Source: Raillietiella orientalis (taxonomy: Eukaryota). Taken from it: DNA of 64,000 nt. The stretch is from positions 1 through 64,000 of the forward strand of contig JAYWIR010000131.1 of the NCBI GenBank assembly GCA_036172245.1. The letters are read 5' to 3'. This document shows, piece after piece, positions 42,401-54,000 of the stretch. Numbering within the stretch: the stretch's first letter is position 1; each line of letters begins with the position of its first letter. The position numbers and the translations under genes were made by a program. The notes below the pieces were generated by a model. That model was not told where the DNA came from and did no database searches. It worked only from the letters and a program-made list of their open reading frames with translations.

Positions 42401-43750
42401 GCATAGAAACATAATCTTCAAAATGCATCAAAAAAATTCCTCTATCTTTTCTATTTCCAATGTGGTGTTTTCCGTCCAAATCTCCCCACTTGCACCTAAA
42501 CGAACATGGCCGGTTCCCGATAAATTCGGTCGCAATCCTGAGACATCAAAATGGTTGGAAGCAATGTACTTCCACTTCCATCCAAATAGAATCCTGTAAA
42601 GTGCATCCTAAAAATTCCTCCATCTTTTCTATTTCCAATGTGGTGTTTTCCTTCCAAATCTCCGCACTTGCACGTAAACGACCATGGCCGGTTCCCGATG
42701 AATTCGGTCGCAATCCTCAGACATGAAAATGGTTGAAATCAATCTACTTCCACTTCCTCCATCGAGATACAATCGTTAAAATGCATGAAAAAATTCCTCT
42801 ATCTTTTCTTTTTCCAATGTGGTGTTTTTCCTTCCAAATCTCCGCACTTGCACGTAAACGACCATGGCCGGTTCCCGATGAATTCGGTCGCAATCCTGAG
42901 ACATGAAAATGGTTGAAATCAATCTACTTCCACTTCCTGCATCGAGATACAATCGTTAAAATGGATGAAAAAAATTCCTCTATCTTTTCTATTTCCAATG
43001 TGGTGTTTTCCGTCCAAATCTCCGCACTTGCACCTAAACGACCATGGCCGGTTCCCGATGAATTCGGTCGCAATCCTGAGACATGAAAATGGTTGTAATC
43101 AATCTACTTCCACTTCCAGCATAGAAATAGAATCTTCAAAGTGCATCAAAAAAATTCCTTTATCTTTTCTATTTCCAATGTGGTGTTTTCCGTCCAAATC
43201 TCCGCACTTGCACGTAAACGACCATGGCCTGTTCCCGATGAATTCGGTCGCAATCCTGAGACATGAAAATGGTTTGAATTAATCTACTTCCACTTCCTCC
43301 ATCGAGATAGAATCTTCAAAATGCATCGCAAAAATTCCTCTATCTTTTCTATTTCCAATGTGGTGTTTTCCGTCCAAATATCCCCACTTGCACCTAAACG
43401 AACATAACCGGTTCCCGATGAATTCGGTCGCAATCCTGAGACATGAAAATGGTTGTAATCAATCTACTTCCACTTCCAGCATAGAAATAGAATCTTCAAA
43501 GTGCATCAAAAATTCCTTTATCTTTTCTATTTCCAATGTGGTGTTTTCCGTCCAAATCTCAACACTAGCACCTAAACGACCATGGCCGGTTCCCGATGAA
43601 TTCGGTCGCAATCCTGAGACATCAAGATGGTTGGAAGCAATGTACTTCCACTACCTGCATCCAAATAGAATCCTGTAAGTGCAACCGAAAAATTCCTCTA
43701 TCTTTTCTATTTCCAATGTGGTGTTTTCCTTCCAAATCTCCGCACTTGCA
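39420..43750 (+). repeat. About 5-monomer block repeated at about 3417-bp (19-monomer) offset (39420-40330 and 42840-43750), with a partial third copy near 44850-45330
   Basis: The shared variants GGTTTGAATTAATC, AATATCCCCAC...CATAACCGG and CTCAACACTAG appear in the same order. ORF pairs 39548/42965 and 39941/43358 match, and a similar ORF starts at 44976. Confidence 0.8.
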
Positions 43751-46700
43751 CGTAAACGACCATGGCCGGTTCCCGATTATTACCGTCGCAATTCTGAGAC
43801 ATGAAGATGGTTGGAATCAATCTACTTCCACTTCCTGCATCGAGATACAATCGTCAAAATGCATGAAAAAAATTCCTCTATCTTTTCTATTTCCAATGTG
43901 GTGTTTTCCTTCCAAATCTCCGCACTTGCACGTAAACGACCATGGCCTGTTCCCGATGAATTCGGTCGCAATCCTGAGACATGAAAATGTTTGGAATCAA
44001 TCTACTTCCACTTCCTGCATCGAGATAGAATCTTCAAAGTGAATCGCAAAAATTCCTCTATCTTTTCTATTTCCAATGTGGTGTTTTCCGTCCAAATATC
44101 CCCACTTGCACCTAAACGAACATAACCGGTTCCCGATGAATTCGGTCGCAATCCTGAGACATGAAAATGGTTGTAATCAATCTACTTCCACTTCCAGCAT
44201 AGAAATAGAATCTTCAAAGTGCATGAAAAAAATCCCTCTATCTTTTCTATTTCCAATGTGGTGTTTTCCGTCCAAATCTCCCCACTTGCACCTAAATGAA
44301 CATGGCCGGTTCCCGATAAATTCGGTCGCAATCCTGAGACATCAAAATGGTTGGAAGCAATGTACTTCCACTTCCTGCATCCAAATAGAATCCCGTAAGT
44401 GCATCCGAAAAATTCCTTCATCTTTTCTATTTCCAATGTGGTGTTTTCCTTCCAAATCTCCGCACTTGCACGTAAACGACCATGGCCGGTTCCCGATGAA
44501 TTCGGTCGCAATCCTCAGACATGAAAATGGTTGAAATCAATCTACTTCCACTTCCTCCATCGAGATACCATCGTTAAAATGCATGAAAAAAATTCCTCTA
44601 TCTTTTCTATTTCCAATGTGGTGTTTTCCTTCCAAATCTCCGCACTTGCACGTAAACGACCATGGCCGGTTCCCGATGAATTCGGTCGCAATCCTGAGAC
44701 ATGAAAATGGTTGAAATCAATCTACTTCCACTTCCTGCATCGAAATACAATCGTTAAAATGGATGAAAAAAATTCCTCTATCTTTTCTATTTCCAATGTG
44801 GTGTTTTCCGTCCAAATCTCCGCACTTGCACCTAAACGACCATGGCCTGTTCCCGATGAATTCGGTCGCAATCCTGAGACATGAAAATGGTTTGAATTAA
44901 TCTACTTCCACTTCCTGCATCGAGATAGAATCTTCAAAATGCATCGCAAAAATTCCTCTATCTTTTCTATTTCCAATGTGGTGTTTTCCGTCCAAATATC
45001 CCCACTTGCACCTAAACGAACATAACCGGTTCCCGATGAATTCGGTCGCAATCCTGAGACATGAAAATGGTTGTAATCAATCTACTTCCACTTCCAGCAT
45101 AGAAATAGAATCTTCAAAGTGCATCAAAAAAATTCCTTTATCTTTTCTATTTCCAATGTGGTGTTTTCCGTCCAAATCTCAACACTAGCACCTAAACGAC
45201 CATGGCCGGTTCCCGATGAATTCGGTCGCAATCCTGAGACATCAAAATGGTTGGAAGCAATCTACTTCCACTACCTGCATCCAAATAGAATCCTGTAAGT
45301 GCAACCGAAAAATTCCTCTATCTTTTCTATTTCCAATGTGGTGTTTTCCGTCCAAATCTCCGCACTTGCACGTAAACGACCATGGCCGGTTCCCGATGAA
45401 TTCGGTCGCAATCCTGAGACATCAAAATGGTTGGAATCAATCTACTTCCACTTCCAGCATAGAAATAGAATCTTTAAAGTGCATCAAAAAAATTCCTCTA
45501 TCTTTTGTATTTCCAATGTGGTTTTTTCCGTCCAAATCTCCGAACTTGCACCAAAACGACCATGGCCGGTTCCCGATGAATACCGTCGCAATCCTGAGAC
45601 ATGAAAATGGTTGGAATCAATCTACTTCCACTTTCTGCATCGAAATAGAATCTTCAAAATGAATCAAAAAAATTCCTCTATCTTTTCTATTTCCAATGTG
45701 GTGTTTTCCGTCCAAATCTCCCCACTTGCACCAAAACGACCATGGCCGGTTCCCGATGAATTCGGTCGCAATCCTGAGACATGAAAATGGTTGGAAGCAA
45801 TCTACTTCCACTTCCTGCATAGAAATAGAATCTTCAAAGTGCATCAAAAAAATTCCTCTATCTTTTCTATTTCCAATGTGGTGTTTTCCGTCCAAATCTC
45901 CGCACTTGCACCAAAACGACCATGGCCGGTTCCCGATGAATTCGGTCGCAATCCTGAGACATGAAAATGGTTGGAATCAATCTACTTCCACTTCCTGCAT
46001 AGAAATAGAATCTTCAAAATGCATCAAAAAAATTCCTCTATCTTTTCTATTTCCAATGTGGTGTTTTCCGTCCAAATCTCCGCACTTGCACCTAAACGAC
46101 CATGGCCGGTTCCCGATGAATTCGGTCGCAATCCTTAGACATCAAAATGGTTGGAAGCAATCTACTTCCACTTCCTGCATCCAAATACAATCTTCAAAGT
46201 GTATGCAAAAAATTCCTTTTTCTTTTCTATTTCCAATGTGATGTTATCCGTCCAAATCTCCGCACTTGCACGTAAACGACCATGGCCGCTTCCCGATGAA
46301 TTCGGTCGCAATCCTGAGACATGAAATTGGATGGAATCAATCTACTTCCACTTCCAGCATAGAAATAGGATCTTGAAAGTGCATCAAAAAAATTCCTCTA
46401 TCTTTTGTATTTCCAAAGTGGTGTTTTCCGTCCAAATCTCCCCACTTGCACCTAAACGAACATGGCCGGTTCCCGATGAATTCGGTCGCAATCCTGAGAC
46501 ATGAAAATGTTTGGAATCAATCTACTTCCACTTCAAGCATAGAAATAGAATCTTCAAAATGCATCACAAAAATTCCTCTATCTTTTCTATTTCCAATGTG
46601 GTGTTTTCCGTCCAAATCTCCGCACTTGCACCAAAACGACCATGGCCGTTTCCCGAAGAATTCGGTCGCAATCCTGAGACCTCGAAATGGTTGGAAGCAA

Positions 46701-47849
46701 TGTACTTCCACTTCCTGCATCGAAATAGAATCTCCAAAGTGCTTCCTGAAAATTCCCCTATCTTTTCTATTTCCAATGTGGTGTTTTCCGTCCAAATCTC
46801 CGCACTTACACCTAAACGACCATGGCCGCGTCCCGATGAATTCGGTCGCAATCCTGAGACATCAAAATGGTTGGAATCAATCTACTTCGTCTTCCAGCAT
46901 AGAAATTGAATCTTCAAAATGCATCACAGAAATTCCTCTATGTTTTCTATTTCCAATGTGGTGTTTTCCGTCCAAATCTTCGCACTTGCACCAACACGAC
47001 CATGGCCGGTTCCCGATGAATTCGGTCGCAATCGTGAGACATGAAAATGGTTGGAATCAATCTACTTCCACTTCCAGCATAGAAATAGAATCTTCAAAGT
47101 GCATCAAAAAAATTCCTCTATCTTTTCTATTTCCAATGTGGTGTTTTCCGTCCAAATCTCCGCACTTGCACCAAAACGACCATGGCCGGTTCCCGATGAA
47201 TTCGGTCGCAATCCTGAGACATCAAAATGGTTGGAAGCAATCTACTTCCACTTCCAGCATAGAAATAGAATCTTCAAAGTGCATCAAAAAAATTCCTCTA
47301 TCTTTTCTATTTCCAATGTGGTGTTTTCCGTCCAAATCTCCGCACTTGCACCTAAACGACCATGGCCGCTTCCCGATGAATTCGGTCGCAATCCTGAGAC
47401 ATCAAAATGGTTGGAATCAATCTACTTCCTTTTCCAGCATAGAAATAGAATCTTTGAAGTGCATCAAAAAAATTCCTTTATCTTTTCTATTTCCAATGTG
47501 GTGTTTTCCGTCCAAATCTCCGCACTTGCACCAAAACGACCATGGCCGTTTCCCGATGAATTCGGTCGCAATCCTGAGACATCAAAATGGTTGGAAGCAA
47601 TCTACTTCCACTTCCTGCATCCAAATAGAATCTTCAAAGTGTTTCCTAAAAATTCCTCTATCTTCTCTATTTCCAATGTGGTGTTTTCCGTCCAAATCTC
47701 CACACTAGCACCAAAACGACCATGGTCGGTTCCCGATGAAATCGGTCGCAATCCTGAGACATCAAAATGGTTGGAATCAATCTACTTCGTCTTCCAGCAT
47801 AGAAATTGAATCTTCAAAATGCATCACAGAAATTCCTCTATCTTTTCTA

Positions 47850-49200
47850 TTTCCAATGTGGTGTTTTCCGTCCAAATCTCCGCACTTGCACCAAAACGAC
47901 CATGGCCGGTTCCCGATGAATTCGGTCGCAATCCTGAGACATCAAAATGGTTGGAAGCAATCTACTTCCACTTCCTACATCCAAATAGAATCTTCAAAGT
48001 GGATCAAAAAAATTCCTTTATCTTTTCTATTTCCAATGTGGTGTTTTCCGTACAAATCTCCGCACTTGCACCAAAACGACCATGGCCGTTTCCCGATGAA
48101 TTCGGTCGCAATCCTGAGACATCAAAATGGTTGGAATCAATCTACTTCGTCTTCCAGCATAGAAATTGAATCTTCAAAATGCATCACAGAAATTCCTCTA
48201 TGTTTTCTATTTCCAATGTGGTGTTTTCCGTCCAAATCTCCGCACTTGCACCAAAACGACCATGGCCGCTTCCCGATGAATTCGGTCGCAATCCTGAGAC
48301 ATCAAAATGGTTGGAAGCAATCTACTTCCTCTTCCAGCATAGAAATAGAATCTTCAAAATGCATCAAAAAAATTCCTCTATCTTTTCTATTTCCAATGTG
48401 GTGTTTTCCGTCCAAATCTCCGCACTTGCACCAAAACGACCATGGCCGGTTCCCGATGAATTCGGTCGCAATCCTGAGACATCAAAATGGTTGGAAGCAA
48501 TCTACTTCCACTTCCTACATCCAAATAGAATCTTCAAAGTGGATCAAAAAAATTCCTTTATCTTTTCTATTTCCAATGTGGTGTTTTCCGTACAAATCTC
48601 CGCACTTGCACCAAAACGACCATGGCCGTTTCCCGATGAATTCGGTCGCAATCCTGAGACATCAAAATGGTTGGAATCAATCTACTTCGTCTCCCAGCAT
48701 AGAAATTGAATCTTCAAAATGCATCACAGAAATTCCTCTATGTTTTCTATTTCCAATGTGGTGTTTTCCGTCCAAATCTCCAAACTTGCATGTAAACGAC
48801 CATGGCCGCTTCCCGATGAATTCGGTCGCAATCCTGAGACATCAAAATGGTTGGAATCAATCTACTTCGTCTTCCAGCATAGAAATTGAATCTTCAAAAT
48901 GCATCACAAAAATTCCTCTATCTTTTCTATTTCCAATGTGGTGTTTTCCGTCCAAATCTTCGCACTTGCACCAAAACGACCATGGCCGGTTCCCGATTAA
49001 TTCGGTCGCAATCCTGAGACATGAAATGGTTGGAAGCAATCTACTTCCACTTCCTACATTCAAATAGAATCTTCAAAGTGGATCAAAAAAATTCCTTTAT
49101 CTTTTCTATTTCCAATGTGGTGTTTTCCGTACAAATCTCCGCACTTGCACCAAAACGACCATGGCCGGTTCCCGATGAATTCGGTCGCAATCCTGAGACA
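47850..49200 (+). repeat. Imperfect 3-monomer (540-bp) periodicity
   Basis: CCTACATCCAAAT...GTGGATCAAA...CCTTTATC...CCGTACAAAT recurs at about 47975, 48515 and 49054. Confidence 0.7.
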
Positions 49201-51029
49201 TCAAAATGGTTGGAATCAATCTACTTCCACTTCCAGCATAGAAATAGAATCTTCAAAGTGCATCAAAAAAATTCCTCTATCTTTTCTATTTCCAATGTGG
49301 TGTTTTCCGTCCAAATCTCCGCACTTGCACCTAAACGAACATGGCCGGTTCCCGATGAATTCGGTCGCAATCCTGAGACATGAAAATGGTTGAAATCAAT
49401 CTACTTCCACTTCCTGCATCGAAATACAATCATTAAAATGCATGAAAAAAATTCCTCTATCTTTTCTATTTCAATGTGGTGTTTTCCGTCCAAATCTCCG
49501 CACTTACACCTAAACGACCATGGCCGCGTCCCGATGAATTCGGTCGCAATCCTGAGACATCAAAATGGTTGGAATCAATCTACTTCGTCTTCCAGCATAG
49601 AAATTGAATCTTCAAAATGCATCACAGAAATTCCTCTATGTTTTCTATTTCCAATGTGGTATTTTCCGTCCAAATCTTCGCACTTGCACCAAAACGACCA
49701 TGGCCGGTTCCCGATGAATTCGGTCGCAATCCTGAGACATGAAAATGGTTGGAATCAATGTACTTCCACTTCCAGCATAGAGATAGAATCCTCAAAGTGC
49801 ATCAAAAAATTCCTCTATCTTTTCTATTTCCAATGTGGTGTTTTCCGTCCAAATCTCCGCACTTGCACCAAACGACCATGGCCGTTTCCCGATGAATTCG
49901 GTCGCAATCCTGAGACATCGAAATGGTTGGAAGCAATCTACTTCCACTTCCAGCATAGAAATAGAATCTTCAAAGTGCATCCAAAAAAATTCCTCTATCT
50001 TTTCTATTTCCAATGTGGTGTTTTCCGTCCAAATCTCCGCACTTGCACTTAAACGACCATGGACGCTTCCCGATGAATTCGGTCGCAATCGTGAGACATG
50101 AAAATGGTTGGAATCAATCTACTTCCACATCCAGCATAGAAATAGAATCTTCAAAGTGCATCCAAAAAATTCCTATATCTTTTCTATTTCCAATGTGGTG
50201 TTTTCCGTCCAAATCTCCGCACTTGCACCTAAACGAACATGGCCGGTTCCCGATGAATTCGGTCGCAATCCTGAGACATGAAAATGGTTGGAATCAATCT
50301 ACTTCTACTTCCAGCATAGAAATAGAATCTACAAAGTGCATCAAAAAAATTCCTCTATCTTTTCTATTTCCAATGTGGTGTTTTCCGTCCAAATCTCCGC
50401 ACTTGCACCTAAACGAACATGGCCGGTTCCCGATGAATTCGGTCGCAATCCTGAGACATGAAAATGGTTGAAATCAATCTACTTCCACTTCCTGCATCGA
50501 AATACAATCATTAAAATGCATGAAAAAAATTCCTCTATCTTTTCTATTTCAATGTGGTGTTTTCCGTCCAAATCTCCGCACTTACACCTAAACGACCATG
50601 GCCGCGTCCCGATGAATTCGGTCGCAATCCTGAGACATCAAAATGGTTGGAATCAATCTACTTCGTCTTCCAGCATAGAAATTGAATCTTCAAAATGCAT
50701 CACAGAAATTCCTCTATGTTTTCTATTTCCAATGCGGTATTTTCCGTCCAAATCTTCGCACTTGCACCAACACGACCATGGCCGGTTCCCGATGAATTCG
50801 GTCGCAATCGTGAGACATGAAAATGGTTGGAATCAATGTACTTCCACTTCCAGCATAGAGATAGAATCCTCAAAGTGCATCAAAAAAATTCCTCTATCTT
50901 TTCTATTTCCAATGTGGTGTTTTCCGTCCAAATCTCCGCACTTGCACCAAAACGACCATGGCCGTTTCCCGATGAATTCGGTCGCAATCCTGAGACATCA
51001 AAATGGTTGGAAGCAATCTACTTCCACTT

Positions 51030-54000
51030 CCAGCATAGAAATAGAATCTTCAAAATGCATCAAAAAAATTCCTCTATCTTTTCTATTTCCAATGTGGTGT
51101 TTTCCGTCCAAATCTCCGCACTTGCACCTAAACGACCATGGCCGGTTCCCGATGAATTCGGTCGCAATCCTGAGACATCAAAATGGTTGGAATCAATCAA
51201 CTTCCTTTTCCAGCATAGAAATAGAATCTTTGAAGTGCATCAAAAAAATTCCTTTATCTTTTCTATTTCCAATGTGGTGTTTTCCGTACAAATCTCCGCA
51301 CTTGCACCAAAACGACCATGGCCGTTTCCCGATGAATTCGGTCGCAATCCTGAGACATCAAAATGGTTGGAATCAATCTACTTCGTCTCTCAGCATAGAA
51401 ATTGAATCTTCAAAATGCATCACAGAAATTCCTCTATGTTTTCTATTTCCAATTTGGTATTTTCCGTCCAAATCTCCAAACTTGCATGTAAACGACCATG
51501 GCCGCTTCCCGATGAATTCGGTCGCAATCCTGAGACATCAAAATGGTTGGAATCAATCTACTTCGTCTTCCAGCATAGAAATTGAATCTTCAAAATGCAT
51601 CACAGAAATTGCTCTATGTTTTCTATTTCCAATGTGTTATTTTCCGTCCAAATCTTCGCACTTGCACCAACACGACCATGGCCGGTTCCCGATTAATTCG
51701 GTCGCAATCCTGAGACATGAAAATGGTTGGAAGCAATCTACTTCCACTTCCTACATTCAAATAGAATCTTCAAAGTGGATCAAAAAAATTCCTTTATCTT
51801 TTCTATTTCCAATGTGGTGTTTTCCGTACAAATCTTCGCACTTGCACCAACACGACCATGGCCGGTTCCCGATGAATTCGGTCGCAATCCTGAGACATGA
51901 AAATGGTTGTAATCAATCTACTTCTACTTCCAGCATAGAAATAGAATCTTTGAAGTGCATCAAAAAAATTCCTCTATCTTTTCTATTTCCAATGTGGTGT
52001 TTTCCGTCCAAATCTCCGCACTTGCACCTAAAGGAACATGGCCGGTTCCCGATGAATTCGGTCGCAATCCTGAGACATGAAAATGGTTGAAATCAATCTA
52101 CTTCCACTTCCTGCATCGAAATACAATCATTAAAATGCATGAAAAAAATTCCTCTATCTTTTCTATTTCAATGTGGTGTTTTCCGTCCAAATCTCCGCAC
52201 TTACACCTAAACGACCATGGCCGCGTCCCGATGAATTCGGTCGCAATCCTGAGACATCAAAATGGTTGGAATCAATCTACTTCGTCTTCCAGCATAGAAA
52301 TTGAATCTTCAAAATGCATCACAGAAATTCCTCTATGTTTTCTATTTCCAATGTGGTATTTTCCGTCCAAATCCTCGCACTTGCACCAACACGACCATGG
52401 CCGGATCCCGATGAATTCGGTCGCAATCGTGAGACATGAAAATGGTTGGAATCAATGTACTTTCACTTCCAGCATAGAGATAGAATCCTCAAAGTGCATC
52501 AAAAAAATTCATCTATCTTTTCTATTTCTAATGTGGTGTTTTCCGTCCATATCTCCGCACTTGCTCCAAAACGACCATGGCCGTTTCCCGATGAATTCGG
52601 TCGCAATCCTGAGACATCGAAATGGTTGGAAGCAATCTACTTCCACTTCCAGCATAGAAATAGAATCTTCAAAGTGCATCCAAAAAATTCCTCTATCTTT
52701 TCTATTTCCAATGTAGTGTTTTCCGTCCAAATCTCCGCACTTGCACCTAAACGACCATGGACGCTTCCCGATGAATTCGGTCGCAATCCTGAGACATCAA
52801 AATGGTTGGAATCAATCTACTTCCTCTTCCAGCATAGAAATAGAATCTTTGAAGTGCATCAAAGAAATTCCTCTATCTTTTCTATTTCCAATGTGGTGTT
52901 TTCCGTCCAAATCTGCCCACTTGCACCTAAACGAACATGGCCGGTTCCCGATGAATTAGGTCGCAATCCTGAGACATGAAGATGGTTGGAATCAATCTAC
53001 TTCCACTTCCTGCATCGAGATACAATCGTTAGAATGCAAGCAGAAAATTCCTCTATCTTTTCTATTTCCATTGTGATGTTTTCCGTCCAAATCTCCGCAC
53101 TTGCACATCAACGACCATGGCCGGTTCCCGATGAATTCGGTCGCAATCCTGAGACATGAAGATGGTTGGAATCAATCTACTTCCACTTCCTGCATCGAGA
53201 TACAATCGTTAAAATGCATGCAGAAAATTCCTCTATCTTTTCTATTTTCATTGTGGTGTTTTCCGTCCAAATCTCCGCACTTGCACGTAAACGACCGTGG
53301 CCGGTTCCCGATGAATTCGGTCGCAATCCTGAGACATGAAAATGGTTGTAATCAATCTACTTCCACTTCCAGCACAGAAATAGAATTTTCAAAGTGCATC
53401 AAAAAAATTCCTCTATTTTTTGTATTTCCAATGTGGATTTTTCCGTCCAAATCTCCGCACTTGTACCAAAACGACCATGGCCGGTTCCCGATGATTACGG
53501 TCGCAATCGTGAGACATGAAGATGGTTGGAATCAATCTACTTCCACTTCCAGCAAAGAAATAGAATCTTCAAAATGCGTCACAAAAATTCCTCTATCTTT
53601 TGTATTTCCAATGTGGATTTTTCCGTCCAAATCTCCGAACTTGTACCAAAACGACCATGGCCGGTTCCCGATGATTACCGTCGCAATCGTGAGACATGAA
53701 GATGGTTGGAATCAATCTACTTCCACTTCCTGCATCGAGATACAATCGTTAAAATGCATGAAAAAATTCCTCTATCTTTTCTATTTCCAATGTGGTGTTT
53801 TCCTTCCAAATCTCCGCACTTGCACGTAAACGACCATGGCCGGTTCCCGATGATTACGGTCGCAATCGTGAGACATGAAGATGGTTGGAATCAATCTACT
53901 TCCACTTCCAGCATAGAAATAGAATCTTCAAAGTGCATCAAAAAAATTCCTCTATCTTTTCTATTTCCAATGTGGTGTTTTCCGTCCAAATCTCCGCACT

